A stretch of 64,000 bases of DNA, from contig JAGGZK010000049.1 of assembly GCA_021162065.1 (NCBI GenBank), forward strand, positions 11,952 through 75,951, given 5' to 3'. The DNA comes from Thermoplasmata archaeon. GTDB lineage: Archaea > Thermoplasmatota > E2 > UBA202 > JdFR-43. The stretch's first letter is position 1; each line of letters opens with the position of its first letter. A model generated the notes under the pieces. The model saw only the letters and a program-made list of their open reading frames with translations, did not search any database and was not told the origin of the DNA. Positions 19,540 to 29,666 of this stretch are shown piece after piece. The position numbers and the translations under genes were made by a program.

Positions 19540-20088
19540 ATGGATGAAATGGAGCATCTGAGGCAAGTGCTTGATTATATGCCCTGCAGTATATGCGAAA
19601 ATGTTGTGCCGGAGGAGGAAAGGAGATACATGTGCAGCATATGCGCCAGGATAAATAGAATCGTCTCCGCCGACAGGGCCATTCCCAAATGGAGGGTGGA
19701 TGAGGATGGTAACATAGTCCCCATAGAGGGAATGGACATGGAGGAACTCAAGCCAAGCATAAAGGTTATTGAAGAAGGAGAGGAGGAGGAAGAAAAGGAG
19801 GAGAAGGTTGAAATAGAGGTTCTCGAGGTTGGAGAGGATATAAAGGAGGAAGAGCTCACCATAGAGGAGGAGCTCCCAGAATGGGAGGCAATGGGAGATG
19901 AGGTTTACAAACATGGCGACTACACTCTTTACACCAAGGAGGTTATTCTGAGGGGTGGGAGAAAACAGAGGATATACTTCTTCAGCAAAAAGGAGGTGCA
20001 GGACGCAACCCCTTCACCGCTGCCAGAAGGTTATGAAGTGGGCATAAATAAGAGGACGGGACTTCCATATCTGAGAAAGAAGAAATAA
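19540..20088 (+). CDS. Hypothetical protein with N-terminal CxxC zinc finger and highly acidic E/K-rich linker
   Basis: 'CSICEN...CSICARI'. A ~50-aa Glu-rich low-complexity segment. Basic C-terminal end. Confidence 0.4.
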   Translation: MDEMEHLRQVLDYMPCSICENVVPEEERRYMCSICARINRIVSADRAIPKWRVDEDGNIVPIEGMDMEELKPSIKVIEEGEEEEEKEEKVEIEVLEVGEDIKEEELTIEEELPEWEAMGDEVYKHGDYTLYTKEVILRGGRKQRIYFFSKKEVQDATPSPLPEGYEVGINKRTGLPYLRKKK

Positions 20089-21059
20089 TGCTGGAGCAAC
20101 TCGACTATAATCTTCCCAGGGAGAGAATTGCACAGAAACCGTGGATTCCAAGGGATGAGTGCAACCTTCTTGTTTTGAATGGAGACGAGATAGAGCACAG
20201 GAAGTTCTATCATATTCTGGATTATGTTGGAAAAGGGGATGTTGTCATAATGAACAACACCCGTGTCATGAAGGTGAGATTGAAGGGGATAAAAGAAACG
20301 GGAGGAAAACTTGATTTGCTGGTGATAGGAAAGGAAGGAGAATATTACAAATGTCTGGTGAAGGGAAAATACAGGGAGGGCACATCCTTTTATCTGGGAG
20401 AGCATAGGGCTACAATAATAAAAAAGGATGAGGGAATGTGTCTCATTTCCATCCCACTTGAAATGGAGGAGATAAAGAAAATGGGCATCATGCCCACTCC
20501 GCCATACATAAAGGAGGAGGTGAGGGATGAAGAGTGGTATCAGACGGTGTTTGCAAGGGAAAAGGGCTCCATAGCAGCACCTACAGCAGGTCTTCATTTC
20601 ACCCCGTCGCTCCTCAAAAGGATGGAGGAGAAAGGAGTGAAAATTGTCTTTATCACCCTCCATGTGGGCCTTGCCACCTTTCTTCCGCCTGAGAGAATAA
20701 GGGAGGCAAGGGAATACTATCGCATTGGGGCCAGAGAGGCGGAAATCATTAACAGTGCTGATGGAAGAGTTATTGCAGTAGGGACAACCACCGTCAAGGC
20801 TCTGGAGAGCGCCTCGGAAAATGGAAGGGTGAGAGCATCTTCCGGCTGGAGCAATCTTTTTATCTCTCCCGGCTATGAATTCCAGTCGCCCATAAACGGA
20901 ATGCTCACCAACTTCCATATGCCAAAGTCATCACCTTTGCTTCTAACAACCGCCTTTGGAGGAGTGGAGAGGGTGATGAAGGCATATGAGGAGGCACTGA
21001 AAAGGGATTACAGATTTCTCAGCTTCGGAGATGCCATGCTCATACTCAAAAATGTTTGA
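20088..21059 (+). CDS. queA: S-adenosylmethionine:tRNA ribosyltransferase-isomerase (QueA)
   Basis: 'LDYNLPRERIAQKP...R..LLVL', 'GD.V.MNNTRV...RL.G.K.TGGK...L', 'PTPPYI', and 'GSIAAPTAGLHFT' are hallmark QueA blocks. Confidence 0.8.
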   Translation: MLEQLDYNLPRERIAQKPWIPRDECNLLVLNGDEIEHRKFYHILDYVGKGDVVIMNNTRVMKVRLKGIKETGGKLDLLVIGKEGEYYKCLVKGKYREGTSFYLGEHRATIIKKDEGMCLISIPLEMEEIKKMGIMPTPPYIKEEVRDEEWYQTVFAREKGSIAAPTAGLHFTPSLLKRMEEKGVKIVFITLHVGLATFLPPERIREAREYYRIGAREAEIINSADGRVIAVGTTTVKALESASENGRVRASSGWSNLFISPGYEFQSPINGMLTNFHMPKSSPLLLTTAFGGVERVMKAYEEALKRDYRFLSFGDAMLILKNV

Positions 21060-22062
21060 AATAACGGCTGAAAATGGAAGGGCAAGAACAGGGGTGCTCA
21101 GAGCGGGCAATATGAGTGTGGAAACTCCCGCCTTTCTCCCGGTGGCGACAAAGGCCTTCATAAAGACTCTGACTCCCGATGAGGCGAAGAGGACAGGGGT
21201 TAAGGCGATAATAGTCAATGCCCTCCACATATACAGGAGAGCGTATGATGTGGTGTCGAAAATAGGGCTGCATGAATTCATGAAATGGGACGGCATAATA
21301 TTTACCGACAGCGGCGGTTTTCAATCCATAAAGAAGTTTCCCGCCGATGCTGGCCAGGACGGCGTAACCTTCATGATGCCCGATGGAAGAAAGGAGATAT
21401 TCACTCCTGAAAAGTCCATGGAGGTGCAGAAGGCGATAGGAAGCGATTTTTTATTTGCCTTGGATGATTGTCCATCATATCCCTACACAAGAGAGAGGGT
21501 GGAGGAATCGGTGGAGAGGACAATAAAATGGGCAAGGAGATGCCAGGGAGAGAGACATTTTGCCATTCTTCAGGGAGGGGTGTATGCAGACCTCAGAAAA
21601 AAATGCGCAAAGGAGATATCGCAGATGGACTTCTTCGGCTTTGCCATAGGTGGGCTCTGCATAGGGGAGCCCAAGGAGGAGATGCACCATATGGTGGATG
21701 TCACAACACCTCTGCTACCAAAGGAAAAACCCCGTCATCTCATGGGAGTGGGCTCGCCGGAGGACATAATGGCATGTGTGGAGAAGGGCATAGATATATT
21801 CGACAGCGCCTTTCCCACGAGAAATGCGAGGCATGGAACCATCTTCACAAGCCATGGAAAAATAAATCTCGGAAAAGGGAAAGTGAGAGGGGATGCCATA
21901 GATGAAGAGTGCAATTGCTACACATGCAGGAACTTCTCCTTAGACTACTTAAACTATCTTTTCAGGGAGAAAGAAACCCTGGGAATGAGGCTCGCCACCA
22001 TACACAATCTTGCCTACATGAACGACCTTATGGAAAGAATAAGGGAGAAGATAAGGGGCTAA
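21052..22062 (+). CDS. tgt: Queuine tRNA-ribosyltransferase (tRNA-guanine transglycosylase), short bacterial-type without PUA/C-terminal arcTGT domains
   Basis: 'FEITAENGRARTG', 'VETPAFLPVATKA', 'LHEFMKWDGIIFTDSGGFQ', and the Zn site 'CNCYTCRNFS...H'. ~337 aa from the chosen start 'MFEIT' (the ORF track starts 21 nt earlier at 21031). Confidence 0.85.
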   Translation: MFEITAENGRARTGVLRAGNMSVETPAFLPVATKAFIKTLTPDEAKRTGVKAIIVNALHIYRRAYDVVSKIGLHEFMKWDGIIFTDSGGFQSIKKFPADAGQDGVTFMMPDGRKEIFTPEKSMEVQKAIGSDFLFALDDCPSYPYTRERVEESVERTIKWARRCQGERHFAILQGGVYADLRKKCAKEISQMDFFGFAIGGLCIGEPKEEMHHMVDVTTPLLPKEKPRHLMGVGSPEDIMACVEKGIDIFDSAFPTRNARHGTIFTSHGKINLGKGKVRGDAIDEECNCYTCRNFSLDYLNYLFREKETLGMRLATIHNLAYMNDLMERIREKIRG

Positions 22063-22664
22063 ACATTTCTGAGCATCACCACCTCTATATTGCCGTGATA
22101 GAAGGCTGCCCTCTCCACCACCGGGAGATTGAATTCCTCTATTATCCCCTCCATGTATCCTCTCCCTTCATATCTTTTGTAATTCCTGTGATGCTCCTCT
22201 GCCGCCATTCTTTCTACCATCTTAACGAAACGGGAAAGCATTCTCCCCTTCCTGCCTCTTGGAGCGCCGTAATCTGCTATTATTATGCCCCCGCCTTCCC
22301 TCACCACCCTTCTTGCCTCATCGGCGATTTTTCTTATGGATGCCATATCATTCAGATGAAAAACGAAGGAGAGTAAAGCGCAGTCAAAGGTGCTGGAAGG
22401 AAAGGAAAGATGTGCGATATCTCCCCTGACGCATTCAAGGCCCTTTTTTCTTGCCCTGAAAAGCATGTATGGATTTATATCGATACCCGCCACATCCAAG
22501 CCATTTTTACGGAGGAGGGAGCACTGCATTCCTGTTCCGCATCCCATATCCAGAATGTTTCTGCACCCATGTTTTTTCACCATCTCAACAACTTTTCTCT
22601 GCACTCTGTGGAGGATTGGTCCGAAAAGAGCATCATAAAGCCATGCCATCCGTCCCTCTCCCAT
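22059..22664 (-). CDS. Class I SAM-dependent methyltransferase
   Basis: 'ILDMGCGTGMQCSLLRKNGLDVAGIDI' is the Rossmann motif I. 201 aa. Confidence 0.7.
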   Translation of the reverse strand: MGEGRMAWLYDALFGPILHRVQRKVVEMVKKHGCRNILDMGCGTGMQCSLLRKNGLDVAGIDINPYMLFRARKKGLECVRGDIAHLSFPSSTFDCALLSFVFHLNDMASIRKIADEARRVVREGGGIIIADYGAPRGRKGRMLSRFVKMVERMAAEEHHRNYKRYEGRGYMEGIIEEFNLPVVERAAFYHGNIEVVMLRNV

Positions 22665-22670
22665 TTGATC

Positions 22671-23699
22671 TCATCTCCAGGGCTCTATTATCACCTTTAT
22701 GGAGTCCTTTGCTTCCGCCACCAGTTGAAAGCCCTCGCCAGCTTTATCTATGGAAAGGCGATGGGTTATCATATCCTCCACCTTTATTTTCCCACTGGCT
22801 ATTAAATCAATTGCCTTCTGTAAGTCTGAAGGGGAAGCGGCATATGTGGATTTTATCGTCACCCCATCATGCCAGAGGTCAATTATTGGAAAGGGAATCT
22901 CCACTCCCGGCTCGGCAGGGGCAAAGAGAAGGATTGTTCCCCCTCTTCCTATGAGTTCAAATGCCTGTTTGAATGCGGGGGGAGCGCCAGTGCATATGGA
23001 TATGAAATCCGGAAGCATGCCATTATTTGCTTCCCTTATCTTTTTCTCGAGATTTGGGTCGTTGGCAAGGAGGGTGGCATGCGCTCCATATTCCCTCGCC
23101 TTTTCAAGGCGGAATGGGTTTATGTCCGTCGTTATTATTCTACTGGCACCCATTGCCTTGGCCAGTTTCACATGCAGCAACCCCGTTATTCCGCTTCCGA
23201 TGATGAGTATGCTCTGCCCCTTTTTGAATTCCGCAATTCTCAACCCTCTGACAACGCAGCCCAGCGGCTCTATGAAAACCGCCTGCTCGTAGCTCATGTT
23301 TTGAGGCAACAAAAAGGTCCCCTTCTCCACATTTATGGCCGGCACCCTTAAGTATTGAGAGAAGCCACCCGGATAGAAGTTGGTGGAGCGGAGCGTATCG
23401 CAGAGCGTCTCCTGCCCGTTGAGGCAATATCTGCACTCTCCACATGGAACATGATGGGAGACAAAAACTCTGTCCCCTTCGCTGAAATTCTTCACTTTCT
23501 CCCCAACCTTCACAATTTCTCCCACCATTTCATGCCCAAGGACTCGGGGCGCCTTCTTTATGCGATACCACTCCATGACATCGCTCCCGCATATGCCACA
23601 TGCCATAACTTTGACGAGCAACTCATCATCTCCTATCTCCGGCACGGGCATTTCCTCCACTCTGACATCGCTGTTGTTGTAATACATGGCAACCTTCAT
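22671..23699 (-). CDS. Zinc-dependent alcohol dehydrogenase family (threonine/sorbitol dehydrogenase-like)
   Basis: 'ACGICGSDVMEW', catalytic Zn 'GHEMVGEIVKVGEKV', structural Zn 'CGECRYCLNGQETLC', and NAD motif 'IIGSGITGL'. Confidence 0.8.
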   Translation of the reverse strand: MKVAMYYNNSDVRVEEMPVPEIGDDELLVKVMACGICGSDVMEWYRIKKAPRVLGHEMVGEIVKVGEKVKNFSEGDRVFVSHHVPCGECRYCLNGQETLCDTLRSTNFYPGGFSQYLRVPAINVEKGTFLLPQNMSYEQAVFIEPLGCVVRGLRIAEFKKGQSILIIGSGITGLLHVKLAKAMGASRIITTDINPFRLEKAREYGAHATLLANDPNLEKKIREANNGMLPDFISICTGAPPAFKQAFELIGRGGTILLFAPAEPGVEIPFPIIDLWHDGVTIKSTYAASPSDLQKAIDLIASGKIKVEDMITHRLSIDKAGEGFQLVAEAKDSIKVIIEPWR

Positions 23700-24213
23700 G
23701 AAGCCATATCCTGAAAAAGTTTTAAAGATTATGCACTATCATCAGGCAAACTTTAAATATCCCTCCTGCCTTGAAATGAACATGCGTATAAAGAATATGG
23801 AAGTGAGGAGCATAGAGGCGAAGAGATATGTCAGAGACCTGTCCAAGCCCATGAATATAAGGATAGACCACAACAGCAGCGTGGTGAACTTCACCTACAT
23901 GGCGAAGAATGAGGCCCATGTGGAGTTTGAGTATATAACAAGTTATGGTGCCATAGGGGTAATAAAGTTCGAAGGAGATTTTGTTTTTGAGGACGAAAAG
24001 GCTGAGGATATTGCAAAGAGATGGCAGAGCAAGAAGAACATGCCCAATGAGGTGGCGTCCCAGATACATACCGCCATAATGCATTATTGCTTGCCCCAGG
24101 CAGTCATGCTGGCGAGAGAGCTTAAACTGCCGCCCCCCATACCGCTTCCGCAGATAAAGTTCGAGAAGGATGCGGGCAAGAAGGGAAAAGCATTTGGCCC
24201 TGAAGTTGCATAA
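23686..24213 (+). CDS. Hypothetical protein (start uncertain; probably an internal Met)
   Basis: ORF divergent from the ADH gene. First in-frame ATGs overlap the ADH start. The A/T box 'TTTTAAAG' at ~23710 suggests a later start (23731 or 23776). Confidence 0.35.
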   Translation: MATFMKPYPEKVLKIMHYHQANFKYPSCLEMNMRIKNMEVRSIEAKRYVRDLSKPMNIRIDHNSSVVNFTYMAKNEAHVEFEYITSYGAIGVIKFEGDFVFEDEKAEDIAKRWQSKKNMPNEVASQIHTAIMHYCLPQAVMLARELKLPPPIPLPQIKFEKDAGKKGKAFGPEVA

Positions 24214-24245
24214 AATATTTTAACGCATCCTCAATTCTCCTTCAA

Positions 24246-27200
24246 ATGGACGCCAGAAAATATCCAGAGATGGAGGAAGAGATTCTCAGATACTGGGAGG
24301 AAAACAGTATCTTCCAGAAGAGCCTGGAGAAAAGGAAAGGGGGCAAGAAATTCGTTTTTCTTGAAGGCCCTCCCACAGCCAATGGGTTGCCGCATCCAGG
24401 CCATGTCCTCACAAGAACCATGAAGGATGTGGTGCTCCGCTACAAAAGCATGCAGGGGTATTATGTGGAGAGAAAGGCGGGATGGGATACCCACGGGCTG
24501 CCAGTGGAGATAGAAGTGGAGAAGATGCTGGGGCTGAGCAACAAGCAGGATGTGGAAAAGTATGGCATAGAGAAGTTTAACGAAGAATGCAAAAAGAGTG
24601 TTTTCAGATACGAGAAGGCATGGAAGGATATGACAAGGCGCGTCGGCTTCTGGATTGATATGGAAAATCCCTACATCACCCTCAACAATACCTACATAGA
24701 GTCGGTATGGTGGTCCCTCAAAGAGGCATGGAAGAAGGGTTTGCTTTATCGTGGCCATAGAGTAACGCCCTACTGTCCAAGATGTGGAACAACGCTGTCA
24801 TCCCATGAGGTGGCCCAGGGCTATAAGGAAGTTGAAGACCCCTCCATATTCGTTAAGTTTAAGGTGAAGGGAAAAGATGAGTATTTCCTGGCATGGACAA
24901 CAACTCCATGGACTCTAATCTCCAATGTTGCCCTTGCCGTAAATCCGGAGGAGTGGTATGTGAAGATAAAATACAATGGCGAAATTTTTATCCTCGCGGA
25001 GCAGCGGGCGGCGGTGCTGCTGAAAAATGAAGAATATGAGGAGATTGACAGATTTTATGGAAAAGAGTTAGAGGGTATGGAATATGAGCCCCTTTACAGA
25101 TTCACGGAGCCGGATAAGAAATGCTGGTTTGTTATTCTTGCAGACTTTGTCACCATGGACGACGGCACTGGCATAGTCCATATAGCCCCGGCCTTTGGTG
25201 AGGAGGACTATGAGGCAGGGAAGAAATATGACCTGCCGGTGGTGCAGCTTGTTGACATGGAGGGAAAATTCAAGCCAGAAGTTAAACCCTGGGCGGGGAA
25301 ATTTGTGAAGGATGCCGACAGGGAGATAATAGAGGATTTGAGAAAGCGCAACATTCTGGTAAGCGAGCATCGCCATAAACATCAGTATCCATTCTGCTGG
25401 AGATGCGACTCTCCCCTTCTATATTATGCCGTTGAATCATGGTTCGTCGGCATGTCCAAGTTGAGGAAGGAGCTGGTGGCGAACAATGAGAAGATAAACT
25501 GGTATCCGGAGTATATAAAGCACGGGAGATTTGGAGAGTTCATAAAGGAGGCGAGGGACTGGGCTCTTTCCCGTAAAAGATTCTGGGGCACCCCCCTGCC
25601 CATCTGGGTCTGCCAGGATTGCGGAAAGGAAATATGCATTGGAAGCGTTGAAGAATTAAAGGAAATGGCGGAGGAGATGCCGGAGCATCTTGACCTGCAC
25701 CGCCCCTATGTGGACAGAATTGTGCTCAAATGTCCCGAATGCGGGGGAAAAATGAAGAGGGTGGAGGAGGTGATAGATGCGTGGTATGACTCCGGCTCCG
25801 CTCCCTTCGCCCAGTGGCATTACCCCTTTGAAAATGAGGAGAAGTTCAAGGAGAACTTCCCCGCTGACTTCATATGCGAAGCCATAGACCAGACGAGGGG
25901 CTGGTTCTACTCCCTGCTCGCCGTTTCCACCGTGGTTTTCAACGAGGCGCCTTACAGAAATGTGCTAACCCTCGGCCTAATCCTGGATGAGAAGGGACAA
26001 AAAATGTCCAAAAAGATGAGAAACTATGTTGAGCCCACGGAGATTTTTGAGAAGTACGGCAGCGATGCATTAAGATGGTATCTCATAACGGCCTCGCCCC
26101 CCTGGCAGCCGAAGAGATTTTATGAGAAGGCGGTGAAGGACACGCTCAGCAAATTCCTGCTTACCCTGTGGAATGTGTTCTCCTTCTACAGCACCTACTC
26201 ATCTCTGGACGATTTTGATTACAGCAGAGATGCCGTTTCTGTTGAGAGAAGAACTCTCCTGGACCGCTGGATTCTCTCGAGATTGAACAGTGTTGTTATG
26301 GGGGTAAAAGAAAAAATGGATGGGTTCGAGGTGCACAAGGCGGGCAGGCTGCTGGAGGATTTCATAGTGGAGGATTTGAGCAACTGGTACGTGAGAAACT
26401 CCCGCAAAAGATTCTGGAGCGAGGAGAGGGATGAGGCAAAGATGGCCGGCTACTCCACGCTTTATGAAGTGCTCACCACCATTGCAAAACTCATAGCCCC
26501 CTTCACCCCCTTCATAGCAGAGCGAATATATCTGGATATGGAGAGGGGAGAGAGCGTTCATCTCTGCGATTATCCCACGCCAAATAAAACCATGATTGAC
26601 AAAGGGCTTGAGGAAAGGATGGAGATGGTCAGAAAAATCGTGGAGGAGGCAAGGGCTCTGAGGGCAAAGGCAGGGATAAAGTTGAGATATCCTCTTCAAG
26701 AAGTGATGATTTTGGCCCCGCAAAATCTCCAGGAAATGGAGGGAATCATAAGGGAGGAGATAAATGTTAAGGAGGTGAAATTTGTCTCGGACATCCATCA
26801 CTTCATGGAGAAAAAGGCGAGGCCGAATTACTCAAAACTCGGCCCCAAATACAGGGAAATGGCAAGAAAGGTGGCGGAGGCAATAGAAAAGGAAAAGGCG
26901 CTGGAGCCGGGAATGAAGGTGGAAGTGGATGGCAAGACATATGAGATAGAGGAGGATGACATCATTCTGGAGGAGGTGCCAAAGGAGGGGTATGAAGTTG
27001 GAGAGGTGGATGGAATAAAAATTGCCCTGAATATTGTTCAGACACCCGAACTCATAAAGGAGGGCTTTGCGAGAGAGATAATCAGAAGAATACAGGAGAT
27101 GAGAAAGGAGATGGACCTGGAGATGGAGGAAAGGATAGAAGTGGAAATGGATGCCAATGAAGAAATGCTGGAAGGGTGGCTCGAGTATGTAAAAAATGAG

Positions 27201-27305
27201 ACGAGAAGCAGGGAGATAAGATTTGTTGCCGAGCCCAAAGGAGAGCATGTCAAAAAGTGGAAGATTGACGAAAAGGAGATAACCATAGGAATAAGAAGGG
27301 CATAG
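24246..27305 (+). CDS. ileS: Isoleucine--tRNA ligase (archaeal/eukaryal type)
   Basis: HIGH-region 'PPTANGLPHPGHVLTR' and KMSKS 'KMSKKMRNYVEP'. 1019 aa with a C-terminal zinc-knuckle region. Confidence 0.95.
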   Translation: MDARKYPEMEEEILRYWEENSIFQKSLEKRKGGKKFVFLEGPPTANGLPHPGHVLTRTMKDVVLRYKSMQGYYVERKAGWDTHGLPVEIEVEKMLGLSNKQDVEKYGIEKFNEECKKSVFRYEKAWKDMTRRVGFWIDMENPYITLNNTYIESVWWSLKEAWKKGLLYRGHRVTPYCPRCGTTLSSHEVAQGYKEVEDPSIFVKFKVKGKDEYFLAWTTTPWTLISNVALAVNPEEWYVKIKYNGEIFILAEQRAAVLLKNEEYEEIDRFYGKELEGMEYEPLYRFTEPDKKCWFVILADFVTMDDGTGIVHIAPAFGEEDYEAGKKYDLPVVQLVDMEGKFKPEVKPWAGKFVKDADREIIEDLRKRNILVSEHRHKHQYPFCWRCDSPLLYYAVESWFVGMSKLRKELVANNEKINWYPEYIKHGRFGEFIKEARDWALSRKRFWGTPLPIWVCQDCGKEICIGSVEELKEMAEEMPEHLDLHRPYVDRIVLKCPECGGKMKRVEEVIDAWYDSGSAPFAQWHYPFENEEKFKENFPADFICEAIDQTRGWFYSLLAVSTVVFNEAPYRNVLTLGLILDEKGQKMSKKMRNYVEPTEIFEKYGSDALRWYLITASPPWQPKRFYEKAVKDTLSKFLLTLWNVFSFYSTYSSLDDFDYSRDAVSVERRTLLDRWILSRLNSVVMGVKEKMDGFEVHKAGRLLEDFIVEDLSNWYVRNSRKRFWSEERDEAKMAGYSTLYEVLTTIAKLIAPFTPFIAERIYLDMERGESVHLCDYPTPNKTMIDKGLEERMEMVRKIVEEARALRAKAGIKLRYPLQEVMILAPQNLQEMEGIIREEINVKEVKFVSDIHHFMEKKARPNYSKLGPKYREMARKVAEAIEKEKALEPGMKVEVDGKTYEIEEDDIILEEVPKEGYEVGEVDGIKIALNIVQTPELIKEGFAREIIRRIQEMRKEMDLEMEERIEVEMDANEEMLEGWLEYVKNETRSREIRFVAEPKGEHVKKWKIDEKEITIGIRRA

Positions 27306-27318
27306 TCTCAAAAATTTT

Positions 27319-27858
27319 TTAACCTTCTTCCCACCAGATTTCAATCCCTCCCGCATATCCTATAAAAACATCCATGCAGAAAAAAGGATATCCAATTGGT
27401 TTTATGATTGTTGGCAACTGCAGCCATATTCCTGTAAAGTTTTCCATCAGCATATAGAAGGATTTTCCAGTATCTCTGGACCACACTGCCCACTTCTCCT
27501 CCAATCTGTATGTCCATACATACCCCAGAGCCCCATAGGCCATCATATATCTCAGATGGGGCATCTTCATTCCCGGAATGTTGTTTGATATCAAAATATA
27601 AATCAGCATAACTGTAAAAAGCACCACATCTGTTATTATAATGATATGTTCCAGTAAAAAGAGCATAAATTTTATGATCATATCGCCCGCTGAACCTTCG
27701 TCAGGAAAAAAACCAATGCCAAACACCAGACAATTATGGTTCTCCATCTCATTTATGGTATTTGCATCATTTTTGTTTGCATCCTTATAAACGGCCGATG
27801 AAAAAGACGGAATCACAATGCAGAATACAAGAGCAATTGCAATGATTTTCTTAATCAT
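27319..27858 (-). CDS. Hypothetical membrane/secreted protein
   Basis: N-terminal signal/TM 'MIKKIIAIALVFCIVIPSFSSA', further hydrophobic segments, aromatic-rich C-terminal half. Confidence 0.4.
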   Translation of the reverse strand: MIKKIIAIALVFCIVIPSFSSAVYKDANKNDANTINEMENHNCLVFGIGFFPDEGSAGDMIIKFMLFLLEHIIIITDVVLFTVMLIYILISNNIPGMKMPHLRYMMAYGALGYVWTYRLEEKWAVWSRDTGKSFYMLMENFTGIWLQLPTIIKPIGYPFFCMDVFIGYAGGIEIWWEEG

Positions 27859-28060
27859 TGAATTTAGATAATTTAAATAAATTTAAATTTTTTCAGATTG
27901 GAGGGGTTGCCAGATTTTGTGGCGGATGAAAAATATGGAATTGAAAAAACGTCATCGCGGAAATCATCGCCCTCAGAGATACTTTAACCGGTAAAGAAAA
28001 TAAACGCCTTTCAATCGCTTCCGTTCCATTAAATTCCCTGAATTGCTCTCACCAAAAAGA

Positions 28061-28067
28061 TTTATAT
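28061..28067 (+). promoter_or_regulatory. Putative archaeal TATA box for pdxS
   Basis: 'AAAGATTTATAT' lies 20-26 bp upstream of the pdxS ATG (leaderless-type spacing). Confidence 0.4.
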
Positions 28068-28086
28068 CTCTCCATATATCACACTC

Positions 28087-29079
28087 ATGGATATTGAAAA
28101 ACTTCGCTTTGGAACAGAACTCATCAAAAGAGGCTTTGCGAAAATGCAGAAGGGCGGCGTCATCATGGATGTCACCAACTCACAGCAGGCGGAGGTGGCC
28201 GAGCAGGCGGGGGCGGTGGCGGTGATGGCGCTCCATAGAGTGCCTGCGGACATAAGAGCAGAGGGTGGCGTGGCGAGAATGGCCGACCCCAGAAAAATAG
28301 AGGAGATTATGGATGCTGTCACCATACCCGTGATGGCTAAATGCAGGATAGGTCACATTCTTGAGGCAAGGGCGCTGGAGGCGCTGGGAGTAGACATGGT
28401 TGATGAGAGTGAAGTGCTTACTCCCGCTGATGTATTCTTCCACATAGACAAGAGAGAGTTTGTTGTCCCCTTTGTCTGCGGAGCAAGAAGCCTGGGAGAG
28501 GCGGTTCGTCGCATATGGGAGGGGGCTGCGATGATAAGAACCAAGGGAGAGGCAGGGACAGGCAACGTGGTGGAGGCGGTTCGCCACATGCGCCTCATGA
28601 ATTATGCCATTGAGAGGGTCAAGGAGATGGATGAGGGAGAGATATCTCAACTGGCTCAAAAATATGCCATGCCCTATCGCCGCCTGGCGGATGCGATAAA
28701 GGATGAGGGAATAAAAATAGATGATGACGACCCCATCTTCGGAAAATACAGCCTCGAGGAAATAGTCAAGGGGCTTACGGAGGTGCTGAAGGAGGTAAAG
28801 GATATGGGACGCCTTCCCGTGGTGAATTTTGCAGCCGGGGGCATAGCCACGCCCGCCGATGCGGCCTTCATGATGATGCTGGGCTCCGATGGCGTATTTG
28901 TTGGCTCGGGAATATTTAAGTCATCCAATCCGCCGGAATATGCTAGGGCGATAGTGGAGGCAGTGGAGAACTGGGAAAAGGCAGATGTGGTGGCTGAGGT
29001 ATCGAAAGGTCTTGGAGAGGCGATGAAGGGCCAGGAGATAGACAAACTGGAGGAGAAGCTGCAGACAAGGGGATTATGA
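28087..29079 (+). CDS. pdxS: Pyridoxal 5'-phosphate synthase, lyase subunit PdxS
   Basis: '[36 protein letters not shown]' and '[17 protein letters not shown]'. 'TTTATAT' box 20-26 bp upstream of the ATG. Confidence 0.95.
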   Translation: MDIEKLRFGTELIKRGFAKMQKGGVIMDVTNSQQAEVAEQAGAVAVMALHRVPADIRAEGGVARMADPRKIEEIMDAVTIPVMAKCRIGHILEARALEALGVDMVDESEVLTPADVFFHIDKREFVVPFVCGARSLGEAVRRIWEGAAMIRTKGEAGTGNVVEAVRHMRLMNYAIERVKEMDEGEISQLAQKYAMPYRRLADAIKDEGIKIDDDDPIFGKYSLEEIVKGLTEVLKEVKDMGRLPVVNFAAGGIATPADAAFMMMLGSDGVFVGSGIFKSSNPPEYARAIVEAVENWEKADVVAEVSKGLGEAMKGQEIDKLEEKLQTRGL

Positions 29080-29666
29080 GGGTTGCGGTAATAGCAGTGC
29101 AGGGGGCGGTAAGCGAGCATGTGGAGGCCGTTGAAAGGGCGATGGAAAGGATGGGAGTAGACGGCAGAGCCATCGCCACCCTCAAACCGGAAGAGGTGAG
29201 GGAGAGTGATGCAATCATTTTGCCTGGAGGGGAAAGCACCACCATAGGTAAACTCATATGGAAAAATGGCATAGCGGAGGAGATAATAAGGGCAGCCAAC
29301 GACGGCAGGCCAGTGATGGGAACATGCGCGGGGTGCATTTTAATGGCAAAGCATGGGGATGAGCAGATTGAAAGAACAGGGACGAGGTTGCTTGGATTGA
29401 TGAACATATGGGTTAAAAGAAACGCCTTCGGGAGGCAGAGGGAGAGCTTTCAGACCATGCTGAAAATAAAGCACATAGGCGATTTCGAGGGCGTCTTCAT
29501 AAGGGCGCCGGCCATTCTTAAGGCGGGGGAAGAGGTGGAGGTGCTTTCCACCCTGGAGGAATACATAGTGGGCGCTAAACAGAACAATATGCTGGCCCTT
29601 GCCTTTCATCCAGAACTGACAGGGGACACCAGAATTCATGAATATTTCATCAGAATGGCTTTATGA
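29076..29666 (+). CDS. pdxT: Pyridoxal 5'-phosphate synthase, glutaminase subunit PdxT
   Basis: '[18 protein letters not shown]' and '[11 protein letters not shown]' (catalytic Cys). 'FHPEL' His. Translationally coupled to pdxS. Confidence 0.9.
   Translation: MRVAVIAVQGAVSEHVEAVERAMERMGVDGRAIATLKPEEVRESDAIILPGGESTTIGKLIWKNGIAEEIIRAANDGRPVMGTCAGCILMAKHGDEQIERTGTRLLGLMNIWVKRNAFGRQRESFQTMLKIKHIGDFEGVFIRAPAILKAGEEVEVLSTLEEYIVGAKQNNMLALAFHPELTGDTRIHEYFIRMAL

Noticed and set aside
19740-19880. GAG/GAA-rich stretch that looks like a simple-sequence repeat
   Set aside because: It is in frame within ORF 19540..20088 and encodes an acidic E/K linker. It is coding low-complexity, not a non-coding microsatellite or a CRISPR array.
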